Source: Oligoflexales bacterium (GTDB lineage: Bacteria; Bdellovibrionota_B; Oligoflexia; Oligoflexales; Bog-1112). From it: a DNA stretch of 64,000 bases. Position numbers and translations under genes: made by a program. Below the pieces are notes generated by a model. It saw only the letters and a program-made list of their open reading frames with translations. It ran no database searches and was not told the DNA's origin. Positions 50,325 to 58,544 of the stretch are shown in pieces. Location of the stretch: NCBI GenBank assembly GCA_045105515.1, contig JBGCDR010000074.1, positions 409 to 64,408 of the forward strand, in the 5' to 3' direction. The number at the start of each line of letters is the position of its first letter. Position 1 is the first letter of the stretch.

Positions 50325-50864
50325 CTAGAGAGCTGAGTGGTTAGTTAAGGCTTCCAACCTTGTTTTCAAGCTAAGGTCCACCATGTTATTCCTTACCCGT
50401 GCTACAAACCCACCCAGAAGGTCAGGATTCACATGGGATTTAATTTGGACCTGTTTATTAAAAATAGATTCAAGCTGCTTCTTGATTGAGCTAAGCTCAC
50501 CCTCATTGAGATCAACTGCGGATGTAAGGTGGGCACATACACGGCCACATGCGACATCAACAATTTGCTGATAACAGGTTATTATTTCGGGAAATATCTC
50601 TGTACGCCCAGCATCGACAACACTATTAACAAAGTTTTTACATAGATCATCAGGAGAAAGGTCCTGAATTGAGTAATTTAAAAGCGATTTTTTGAGATCT
50701 GGAGGCATTGCGGGACTGCAAAGCACCTTACATGCCTCTGAAATTTCAAATAACTGTTTAACCCCGCTAAGCATTCTAAGGTATTCTTCTGCTCTTTGAG
50801 ACTCAGTTCCCGTCAACTTAGCAAAAGCTCGCGCGTACTTAATTGCAACTACATTCGCACTCAT
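50325..50864 (-). CDS. atpH: F1 ATP synthase delta (OSCP) subunit
   Basis: 179 aa starting VAIKYARAF and ending with GGFVARVRNNMVDLSLKTRLE. It sits in the slot between atpF and atpA. Confidence 0.85.
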   Translation of the reverse strand: MSANVVAIKYARAFAKLTGTESQRAEEYLRMLSGVKQLFEISEACKVLCSPAMPPDLKKSLLNYSIQDLSPDDLCKNFVNSVVDAGRTEIFPEIITCYQQIVDVACGRVCAHLTSAVDLNEGELSSIKKQLESIFNKQVQIKSHVNPDLLGGFVARVRNNMVDLSLKTRLEALTNHSAL

Positions 50865-50883
50865 ACCCTAAATCCTTCATTTT

Positions 50884-51390
50884 CTATGATTGGCTTCGAG
50901 AAGCTAAGCCAGTTAGAGTGTTAACCTGGCTTGCGATAAATCGATTATGCTCCTCTTTTCCTAACTCATTTTGAAGCTTTTCCGAAACTTTCGAATGCAC
51001 CAAGTCAAAAACCTGAGAGTTAAGAGCTTTCTGTGCTTTTTGTAGTTCAGCCTCAGCAACACGCTTAGCCTCATCTTTTATATGCTCTGCTAGAACCCTT
51101 CCTTGCTCAACAATTCTAGCAGCCTCAGCTTGAGCTTCTTTTTGTGCATTTGCCTTTATCTCTGACAATTCATTTTTAAGGTTTGCCATTCTCTTGTTGA
51201 GTTCCTCAAGGCGCCGGTCGGCTTCTTCTCGTTCTTTTTTAGCGGCTATGAACTGGTTTTCATACTCATCTCTTCGACTTTTTAATAAGTTAGAAAGAGG
51301 TTTTCTAGCAAATTTAACCAGTAGGAACGTAAACAAGAAAAAATTTATGTAAGGAAACCAGAACCCCTGTAACCAATTAAAATGATCCAC
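50884..51390 (-). CDS. atpF: Fo ATP synthase b subunit
   Basis: GTG start, a single N-terminal TM, and then a long charged helix (RRDEYENQFIAAKKEREEADRRLEE...). It sits in the canonical slot. Confidence 0.8.
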   Translation of the reverse strand: MDHFNWLQGFWFPYINFFLFTFLLVKFARKPLSNLLKSRRDEYENQFIAAKKEREEADRRLEELNKRMANLKNELSEIKANAQKEAQAEAARIVEQGRVLAEHIKDEAKRVAEAELQKAQKALNSQVFDLVHSKVSEKLQNELGKEEHNRFIASQVNTLTGLASRSQS

Positions 51391-51402
51391 TCAAAAACCC
51401 TT

Positions 51403-51834
51403 TCACTTTAAAACTGCTGCAAAGGTCTCATTAACAAGGCCAGTGACTATCTGAGGAACCTTTTTTTGTTGTAGGTTCATATCATCTGCAAGTTGTTTCT
51501 GAATATTTTCTAGGTAAGATTTTGCCTCTTTCTTAGCTTCTGCAACCATATTAGCTTGCTTTTCGCTGGCACCACTCTTTGTGCTTACTCGAAAATCTTT
51601 TACTTCTGCATAGGCCTGATTAACTTGAGATTCAATAGATTCAGAATTTTGTTTACACTGAGTTAAGATTTTCTTGGCTTCGTCTTGTCCACCACTAGTC
51701 TGAGCAATACGCTTATCTCTCAGCTTCAAGTAAGGCTCTACCATAAGTTTCTTCACTATAAACAAATTTGTAATGAATATGCCTGCTTGAATTACCACTA
51801 GCCCAGTATTGGGAACAAGATTAAGCGACGCCAC
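51403..51834 (-). CDS. Fo ATP synthase b' (second b-type) subunit
   Basis: GTG start with a strong GAGGAGAGGGAA SD. It has a single TM plus a charged helix and is a paralogous b-type gene directly upstream of atpF. Confidence 0.7.
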   Translation of the reverse strand: MASLNLVPNTGLVVIQAGIFITNLFIVKKLMVEPYLKLRDKRIAQTSGGQDEAKKILTQCKQNSESIESQVNQAYAEVKDFRVSTKSGASEKQANMVAEAKKEAKSYLENIQKQLADDMNLQQKKVPQIVTGLVNETFAAVLK

Positions 51835-52060
51835 TTCCCTCTCCTCATCAATGAGACTGCTTGGAGCAACAGAACAAGGCCTGTGAGTGTTTGATATCTC
51901 ATCTTAGCTATTTAAACAAGCGAGATTTGAACCTAAATCTAGGAGTCCGCACTTGCATAGAAGTCAGTGATTTCAATATGAAAAGAATCACCTAATATTC
52001 CAAACGGTAAAAACTAGACCTAGACCAAGCCCCTGCTACCACAAATAAATTATGGAGATA

Positions 52061-52990
52061 CTACATCTTTTTACTAATAAGACCAAGAATCCTTTCTAGT
52101 TCGGCAGTAGAAAAATAAGAAACTTCTATTTTTCCTCTCTGGGCGGAGCCTGATATCTTAACTTTGGTCCTAAGGAAGTTGCGCAAATTATCTGCGATAT
52201 ACTCTATATCCGGGTCCAAATTCAGTGCAGCAAGGTTTTTGTTCTTAGAGGCCGACTTGGAGCTTAAATTTCGGCAAAGTAATTCGGTTTTTCTTACACT
52301 CAAACCTTTTCGAATGACTATGTCTCTAGCTTGTTGAATCTGATGGGAACTATCAAGAGATAGAAACGCCCTTGCATGTCCCATACTCAACCTTTGTTCA
52401 CAAAGGTCTTCATGTATTGTTCGCGGTAGGCTTAATATTCTCAACGCATTTGTAATGGTACTACGATCTTTGCCAACCCTCTCTGCACATTGTTCTTGTG
52501 TGAGACCATACTCTTTTATCAATGCTTCGTATGCCATAGCCTCTTCAATAATATTGAGATCAGCACGTTGGATATTTTCAATTAATGCTATCCTCAATCT
52601 TTCATCTGGGGAGGTATTCTTAATGATTACTGGAATTTTTTGAAGCCCTGCCATTTTGCTTGCTCGCAACCTTCTTTCTCCAGCAATAAGTAAATACCTA
52701 CCTGAGAAATTAGCGTTGTTGACAACGATAAGTGGCTGTAAAATCCCATCAAGCGCAATGCTTTGTGATAAGTTCTTAAGCTCCTCTTGCTTAAAAAATT
52801 TACGAGGCTGTTCTGGATTAGGATCAATTAGGTTAGGGTTAACATAATAAAGTTGAGAATCACTGTTTGAGCTACGTTCCTTTGTTTTTTCAGCGTCCTG
52901 TTCCCAATATGAGTCACCGGTATTGCGAATTAAGGTCTTTAACCCTTTACCTAAAGCACCTTTTCTTTCATTGTCATCTTCACCTACCAT
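52061..52990 (-). CDS. parB: Chromosome partitioning protein ParB
   Basis: Motifs KGALGKGLKTLI, ParB box GERRLRASKMAGL and an HTH (LTQEQCAERVGKDRSTITNALRIL) are present. ATG 52990 has GGAAGGG 7 nt upstream and starts 4 nt after the parA stop. The ORF-track start at 53104 overlaps parA by 110 nt and is unlikely. Confidence 0.9.
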   Translation of the reverse strand: MVGEDDNERKGALGKGLKTLIRNTGDSYWEQDAEKTKERSSNSDSQLYYVNPNLIDPNPEQPRKFFKQEELKNLSQSIALDGILQPLIVVNNANFSGRYLLIAGERRLRASKMAGLQKIPVIIKNTSPDERLRIALIENIQRADLNIIEEAMAYEALIKEYGLTQEQCAERVGKDRSTITNALRILSLPRTIHEDLCEQRLSMGHARAFLSLDSSHQIQQARDIVIRKGLSVRKTELLCRNLSSKSASKNKNLAALNLDPDIEYIADNLRNFLRTKVKISGSAQRGKIEVSYFSTAELERILGLISKKM

Positions 52991-52994
52991 AGTC

Positions 52995-53840
52995 TTACCC
53001 TTCCACGAACTCTGTTTTGCCATGGTCTTGAGTCTTACTGCTTGGGTAAGTACCCTCAGTCTTACAGACCATTCTTCTTTTAGATCTCTGCAATACCTCT
53101 TCACCTAGTTGCAAATAAGCTTGCGAACCACTGCTGTTTACATCATATAGTACAATCGGCTTGCCATGCGAGGGAGCTTCAGAAAGCTTTATATTTCTAG
53201 GAATAATGGTGGAGAATATTTCGTTTGAAAAATGTTTTCTAGCCTCTTGCTCTACCTGGATACAAAGGTTATTTCGTCTGTCATACATGGTAAGCAGAAT
53301 TCCTTCTATCTCAATATCCGGATTTAAGCGTTTCCTTATAAGCGAAATGGTTTTAAGGAGTTGAGATACTCCTTCCATAGCGTAATATTCACATTGTAAA
53401 GGAATCAGAACACCGTTTGCTGACGTTAAAGCATTTATTGTTAGTAAGCCCAATGCTGGCGGACAATCTAACAAAATATAGTCATAATAATCATGAACAC
53501 TCTCGAGAACCTCTTTCAATCTTGTTTCCCGACCAAGTTCGTTCAAGAGCTCAATTTCGACTCCGATTAAATCTTGGCATGCCGGTATTAGATCCAAGCA
53601 ATCCAAATTAGTCCTTAAGATGGTGTTTTTCAAGGGTATATTATTTGTCAAGACCTCATAAATCCCCTCATCATAGCTTTGCGGAAAAACTCCTAAGCCA
53701 CTGCTTGTATTACTTTGGGGATCTAAATCGATGAGCAGGACTTTTTGCTCGCCTACCGCGAGGCTTGCAGACAAGTTGATTGCCGTCGTTGTTTTACCAA
53801 CACCACCCTTTTGGTTTGATATAGCTATCACTCTGCCCAT
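52995..53840 (-). CDS. parA: Chromosome partitioning ATPase ParA (Soj)
   Basis: Deviant Walker A SNQKGGVGKTTTAINLS, strong GGAGGTGG SD, and an approximately 28-aa C-terminal tail beyond the usual ParA end. Confidence 0.95.
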   Translation of the reverse strand: MGRVIAISNQKGGVGKTTTAINLSASLAVGEQKVLLIDLDPQSNTSSGLGVFPQSYDEGIYEVLTNNIPLKNTILRTNLDCLDLIPACQDLIGVEIELLNELGRETRLKEVLESVHDYYDYILLDCPPALGLLTINALTSANGVLIPLQCEYYAMEGVSQLLKTISLIRKRLNPDIEIEGILLTMYDRRNNLCIQVEQEARKHFSNEIFSTIIPRNIKLSEAPSHGKPIVLYDVNSSGSQAYLQLGEEVLQRSKRRMVCKTEGTYPSSKTQDHGKTEFVEG

Positions 53841-53908
53841 ACCACCTCCTTCATTTTATCGCCTCTTCGAATGCCAAATGCACTTTAGCTCTAACATTGT
53901 CATCCCAA

Positions 53909-53924
53909 TGTTTCACGTGAAACA
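53909..53924. promoter_or_regulatory. parS: parS centromere site 1 (TGTTTCACGTGAAACA)
   Basis: A perfect 16-bp palindrome matching the canonical parS consensus tGTTNCACGTGAAACa. It extends to a 20-bp perfect palindrome (53907-53926) and lies 69 bp upstream of the parA ATG. Confidence 0.88.
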
Positions 53925-54352
53925 TTCAATCCAACGGACAGCGCTCCAAGTAATCTTGGTTTTAAGAATTACAGTGCAAAAAAAAAGATCCTCATAAAAG
54001 AATCAACAAATATAAGTGTTATAAGCCTCAATACTATTAAATTTTATCTAAAAATTCCTACATTAGTAATATATAGCTCTGAAAATGTAAAAAGATCTAT
54101 TTTTAAGGATAGTAAGTATATTTAATATGAAATAAGAAAATTTTTCCCTAATTGTACTAAAAATTATAAATCTAAAGGAAAAAAGCTGCTATTCGCATTT
54201 TATGGCTTATATTGTCAATTTTATGATTAAGTATCTTTAATTAGACCTATTTGTGCATAGATCTACTGTTTGATTCTAATCGAAATCAAACTATTTTCTT
54301 TGGAATCTTTTAGCTTAAAAGAGATACAAAATTAAGTTAGAGCAAAAATAGA

Positions 54353-54368
54353 TGTTCCACGTGAAACA
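54353..54368. promoter_or_regulatory. parS: parS centromere site 2 (TGTTCCACGTGAAACA)
   Basis: Identical to the classical Bacillus-type parS sequence as I recall it. It shares the flanking ...ATG/ATTCAA context with site 1. Confidence 0.85.
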
Positions 54369-54614
54369 TTCAAACGTAAAGCTCCGCTTTCTTGATTTAT
54401 TCACCTTAGAATCATGGGTAAGGCATGGAGCGAAACCGACCGAAACTCACTGAAAGATGCCTCTTACTCCACCAGCATCAAAGAGCTATTTGCCCCTCAA
54501 TTTGACCTAAGGTGTCTGGTGGATCTAAAGCACAGTCTAATAACCAGTCAACTCTAAGAATTTATCCATCTGATTTTATTAGGAAATATAATGAGAGATA
54601 CGCTTAGGAATGGG

Positions 54615-54631
54615 GGTGTGCAAAGCACACC
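54615..54631 (-). terminator. GC-rich stem-loop just downstream of atpE (terminator or mRNA-stabilising hairpin)
   Basis: GGTGTGC-aaa-GCACACC forms a 7-bp stem, 6 nt after the atpE stop on the minus strand. It is not followed by a U-tract, so a terminator function is uncertain. Confidence 0.4.
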
Positions 54632-54637
54632 AAGATA

Positions 54638-54952
54638 CTAGGCGCCCAACACCATGAACGCGATTACGAAGCATAGAAGGGCCTGAAGCTCCATGAAAAC
54701 CAGAGATAGAATTAAAGGGGTGAAGACTTCTCCTCGAGCACCGGGGTTTCTCGCAACACCTTCCAGAGCTGCGCTAGCAGCTTTGCCTTGGCCTGAAGCT
54801 GCGCCAAATGCGCCCAAGCCAATTGCAATTGCAGCAGCTATTGGAGCCCAACTTGCACTAACAGCTTCACCTGTTTGACCAAATGCAAACCCTGAGAAAG
54901 CAAGACCTAAACCAAAGACAATCCACTTAGATACTGACTTTTTCATTATCAA
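54638..54952 (-). CDS. atpE: Fo ATP synthase c subunit with N-terminal signal-like extension
   Basis: The hairpin core is IAAAIAIGLGAFGAASGQGKAA...ARNPGA...FTPLILSLVFMELQALLCFVIAFMV, carrying the carboxylate E. About 30 extra N-terminal residues read MIMKKSVSKWIVFGLGLAFSGFAFGQ. Confidence 0.9.
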   Translation of the reverse strand: MIMKKSVSKWIVFGLGLAFSGFAFGQTGEAVSASWAPIAAAIAIGLGAFGAASGQGKAASAALEGVARNPGARGEVFTPLILSLVFMELQALLCFVIAFMVLGA

Positions 54953-54972
54953 AACCTCTTTATTTTAATCGC

Positions 54973-55752
54973 TCAATGATCATGCGAAATCGCCATATTT
55001 ACATATATTCCTGTCAAAAGAACAAAAACAAAGCTCTGCACAAACGCCACAAGTAAACCAAAAAACAAAAATAACGTTGGTATTACAAGGGGAACTAAAC
55101 CGCTAAAAACCCCAAGCAACAAGTGATCGCAGAAAATATTTGCAAGCAACCTAAAAGCTAGTGACAAAGGGCGGACTGAATGGCTAATAAGTTCAATTGG
55201 AAGAAACAAAAGTGCTAGGACCAGAAAGGGACCAGTAAACTGTTTAATATAAGAAGCTCCATGCTCTTTAATTCCCGCATAGTTATACCAAAAGAAAACA
55301 ATCAAACCCATCGCCAAATTTGTATTGAAATTTTCGGTTGTTGGAGGCAATCCTGGAATCAACCCGCTAAGGTTACTGACAAGAATAAATAGAAAGAGAC
55401 CTGCCATAAGAGGAAGAAACTTTCGGTATCTCTGCCCACAGTGTTCCTTTGTCAGACTATAAAGAAAATCCATGGCCATTTCTACAAAGCTTCTTAATGA
55501 AATTTTTGCTGATGGGATTACATCATTCATGGTTTTTTCGACAGAACTCTTGAAATAAATTCCGATGATAGCACAAAGACTAAGGGTCAAAATACTTGCC
55601 AAGACTGCTGTGTATTCTTTACCAAATCCTAAGCCACCTGCTACAAGATTATAGTAGTCGATAAAGTGAGGGATTCCTTCAGCTGCAAGAGCATTACTGC
55701 TAAAAAAACATCCCAAAAACACATTCTTAAATTTGCTCGTATTAAATTTCAC
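54973..55752 (-). CDS. atpB: Fo ATP synthase a subunit
   Basis: GTG start on a polytopic protein. The conserved Arg helix is HSVRPLSLAFRLLANIF. Confidence 0.9.
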   Translation of the reverse strand: MKFNTSKFKNVFLGCFFSSNALAAEGIPHFIDYYNLVAGGLGFGKEYTAVLASILTLSLCAIIGIYFKSSVEKTMNDVIPSAKISLRSFVEMAMDFLYSLTKEHCGQRYRKFLPLMAGLFLFILVSNLSGLIPGLPPTTENFNTNLAMGLIVFFWYNYAGIKEHGASYIKQFTGPFLVLALLFLPIELISHSVRPLSLAFRLLANIFCDHLLLGVFSGLVPLVIPTLFLFFGLLVAFVQSFVFVLLTGIYVNMAISHDH

Positions 55753-55862
55753 CCTTTTACCCTCTCACGCGTACAAGGTTTTCTAGACCATTTATTTAAC
55801 CTAGCAGAACAACAAAGAACAGGACATATTATTGATATTGTTCATTTGAACGGTGAAGATAT

Positions 55863-56183
55863 TCAGCTCTTTGCTGATATTTCTCGTTTGTACTGAAACA
55901 CATACATACAGCCTACAAAAACGATCAAGCCAAGGCTTACGCCCATAACAAAAGGAAGTGGAGAAACCTTAGCAAGCCTAAAGGACACAAACAAACTTGT
56001 TAAGAGAAAAAGAGTCTTGCACACAGCAAGTAGTACCAACAGAGTAGAAGCAAAACCTTCTCTTACTGGCTCCTTAGAGCCTAGTCCTTGTCCCAACATG
56101 GACGCAATCAGCAACGTTAAGATAGATGCATCAATGATAAAGATAAGCGCACCAATTAAAAAACTTGAAAAACTCCCTAACAT
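55863..56183 (-). CDS. Small membrane protein, AtpI-like (ATP synthase protein I)
   Basis: 106 aa with about 4 TM segments, directly upstream of atpB. The assignment rests on position and topology only. Confidence 0.5.
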   Translation of the reverse strand: MLGSFSSFLIGALIFIIDASILTLLIASMLGQGLGSKEPVREGFASTLLVLLAVCKTLFLLTSLFVSFRLAKVSPLPFVMGVSLGLIVFVGCMYVFQYKREISAKS

Positions 56184-56234
56184 TGTAACTCCTGCTGATT
56201 CAAGCTTAGACCTATGCGCAGACTATTAGCTTTG

Positions 56235-56471
56235 CTAAGAATCTTCATTGTTCTTTCTTTCCTTCTCCATCCGAAAAAGATAACGCAACATTATGTAATA
56301 GCCATGAACAATCCCTAAAAGGGCTGTAGGCATTAGAATCTTTCTCCATGAAAAATCTAGTGGAAAGTTTTCGTTTAAATAGCCCTCTAAAATGAAGGCC
56401 AATGCGATCATTCCTGCTACTTGTGTATTAATCGCCAAAACAACGCCTAAGGCTCTTGTCATTGGGTTCAT
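56235..56471 (-). CDS. Small membrane protein, AtpZ/AtpI-family-like
   Basis: Two TM segments at the head of the atp gene string. ATG 56471 (MNPMTRALGVV) has AAGGGG 9 nt upstream. The ORF-track extension to 56534 runs through two DnaA boxes and is probably not translated. Confidence 0.45.
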   Translation of the reverse strand: MNPMTRALGVVLAINTQVAGMIALAFILEGYLNENFPLDFSWRKILMPTALLGIVHGYYIMLRYLFRMEKERKNNEDS

Positions 56472-56497
56472 TTTTATCGCCCCTTTTAATGAAGAAA

Positions 56498-56526
56498 TAA
56501 TCCACAAGATTTTGTCCTGTGGATAA
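56498..56526. promoter_or_regulatory. Pair of facing DnaA boxes upstream of dnaA
   Basis: TAATCCACA (56498-56506) has 1 mismatch to TTATCCACA. TGTGGATAA (56518-56526) is a perfect box on the opposite strand. Confidence 0.6.
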
Positions 56527-56597
56527 GCCCGCACAACAACAGCAATATCTTTAGATAACTAATTGTAATCACTTAAAATATAAAGTACGATTTAGTC

Positions 56598-56625
56598 TTG
56601 CTACCATCTTTATCCTTGTGATAAT
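56598..56625 (+). promoter_or_regulatory. dnaA promoter candidate (TTGCTA-16 nt-TGtGATAAT)
   Basis: The -35 element TTGCTA is at 56598-56603 and the extended -10 element TGTGATAAT ends at 56625. This places the transcription start downstream of the ORF-track GTG at 56618. Confidence 0.4.
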
Positions 56626-56713
56626 TTTCACTACCTCACGGAGTCCCTGGTGTATTAAAAGACCTCAAACTTCAAGCGACCAAAACAACTGTGAAAAACA
56701 GATTGAGCATAAA

Positions 56714-58225
56714 ATGAAAACACTTTTTCCGCCGGAAAACCCGAAGACACACCATTTGGAGATCCCGCCTTCTCTTCTTGATACAGATTCCTCAAATTCA
56801 GATGAGTGGAAGCTGATACAACTAGAACTCGAATCTTCTCTTGATGAGGATACTTATTCTAACTGGATAAAGCCAATTAAATGCACTCCTTCGGGAACTA
56901 ACGAAATTACTCTCTATACGCAAGACTTAGTCTGTTACCAAGGTCTTCGTAAGGAATATTTAAGTAAAATAGAGGCTTGCAAATGTCGTTTAGGCCTTAA
57001 GCATCTGACCATTAAGGTTGACTTAGAAAGTTCTCTCGTCTCTGGTAACAAAGAGACAGCATTTCAACTTAGTGACATACGTATTACTCCTGAAAATCTT
57101 CAACCTGCAAATCCAGTTGAATCTAACGCAGGGCTAGAGCCAAGTGAAACAAGTAGTGGAGAAGCTCCCCCTCTTTTCTCAAGCTCGTTAGCAAAAAATG
57201 CGCGACTTAACGGTAATTATACCTTTGATAGCTTCGTTAGAGGCCCTAGCAACCAATTCGCTCTTGCAAGTTGTTTTAACGTCGCTGACAACCCAGGGGT
57301 TAGCTATAACCCTCTATTTTTATATGGTTCAACTGGCTTAGGTAAGACTCACTTGCTACACGCAGTAGGAAACCAAGTTAGGAAACAATTTCCCGAGCTT
57401 GTTGTGACTTATATAAGCAGCGAACGATTTATGAATGAGATGATCTATTGTATCCGGCATAACAAAATGTGGGATTTTCGACAGAAATACCGTCATTGCG
57501 ACCTTTTTATGATGGATGATATACAGTTCATCTCTGGGAATAAAGCTGCTACTCAAGAAGAGTTTTTTCATACCTTTAACACTTTATACGAGGCTAAAAA
57601 GCAGATTATTATTACTTCTGATCTTTTTCCTCAGGACATTCCTGATATTGAAGAGCGGCTTCGCAACCGGTTTCAATGGGGTCTTATTGCTGACATTCAA
57701 CCCCCTGATGTCGAACATAGAATTGCTATCCTGATGAATAAAGCCGAAAAATTAAAGGTTTATGTCAGCCCTGAAGTCGCAGAATATATTGCCACCCATG
57801 CAAAACGAAACATCAGAGAACTTGAAGGAGCACTGCATCGCATAGCTGCTTTTGCAGCTCTTCAAGGGCGACCGCTTGATAAAGCTATCGCTATGGAAAC
57901 CTTTCACAGCCTCTTAGGCCAGGCTCCCAAACAACTTGAAATTGAAACTGTGCAAAAAGCAGTTGCGGACCATTTCAAGCTAAGGGTTTCTGATCTTAAG
58001 TCTAAAAAGCGACAAAGAATCTTGACTCTCCCCCGTCAAATTGCAATGTATTTAGCCCGCAAACATACTCAGGCATCATACCCAGATATAGGGGGAAAGT
58101 TTGGCGGAAAAGACCACACAACTGTAATGCATGCTGTCAAAAAGATTTCAGCTGAAAAGATCAAGGATTTGGACTTAAAAGCTCATATTGAGGCTTTAGA
58201 TAGGATGCTCGAGCAGATCCAATAG
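56714..58225 (+). CDS. dnaA: Chromosomal replication initiator DnaA
   Basis: Motifs [40 protein letters not shown] and the DNA-binding end [12 protein letters not shown]...[20 protein letters not shown] are present. The start is taken at ATG 56714 (MKTLFPP), because the upstream GTG extension overlaps the putative promoter. Confidence 0.95.
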   Translation: [503 protein letters not shown]

Positions 58226-58238
58226 TGCTGCTACCTAC

Positions 58239-58398
58239 TGTGGAAAAACAGGGGAAAACTTTTACTCTGAAGAAGAAGGAATTACTGTGGATAAACCTGT
58301 GAAAAACTTGTGGATAATTTGTGTACAAAATGACATCGCCAAGTTATCCACAATTTGTTCCACATTTAATCCTCACCTTATCCACATGCTTTTCCACA
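58239..58398. other. oriC: oriC DnaA-box cluster (8 boxes, 4 on each strand)
   Basis: Boxes read as TGTGGATAA-type on the plus strand: 58239-47 (1 mismatch), 58286-94 (perfect), 58298-306 (2 mismatches), 58309-17 (perfect). TTATCCACA-type boxes: 58344-52 (perfect), 58356-64 (2 mismatches), 58378-86 (perfect), 58390-98 (1 mismatch). Confidence 0.8.
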
Positions 58399-58455
58399 AG
58401 CAAGATAGCAATTTATTGCTTTGATTAAGGGATCTTAGAGAGTTTTCCCCAAAAT

Positions 58456-58510
58456 CAGGGAGGCCCTATATCTACTACTGTGTATAAATAAATATATTTA
58501 ATACAAAAGT
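58456..58510. other. Candidate unwinding region: GC cluster, TAG-trio-like run, then pure A/T tract
   Basis: CAGGGAGGCCC (58456-66) is followed by tatatCTACTACTg (bottom strand reads TAGTAGATATAG). Next comes TATAAATAAATATATTTAATA (58483-58503, 21 nt pure A/T). This lies just upstream of the dnaN SD. Confidence 0.35.
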
Positions 58511-58544
58511 AAGGAACTGAAAGATATCAAGGAAGGATAATAAA

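Noticed and set aside
52991-53104. ORF-track N-terminal extension of parB overlapping parA by 110 nt
   Set aside because: The extension has no SD and no ParB similarity. ATG 52990 has GGAAGGG at ideal spacing and starts just before the conserved GLGKGL motif.
54414-54557. 47-codon plus-strand ORF (MGKAWSETDRNSLKDASYSTSIKELFAPQFDLRCLVDLKHSLITSQL) in the parS spacer
   Set aside because: It has no SD and no recognisable motif, and it sits in a region where all neighbouring genes are on the other strand. The local GC rise is kept as an observation in the spacer finding, but the CDS call is not supported.
53841-54637. Decayed rsmG/mnmG pseudogene upstream of parA, the usual neighbours
   Set aside because: Six-frame reading by eye gives only short, stop-riddled fragments, and nothing resembles the SAM-binding GSGAGFPG block. 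This cannot be supported without a tblastn search.
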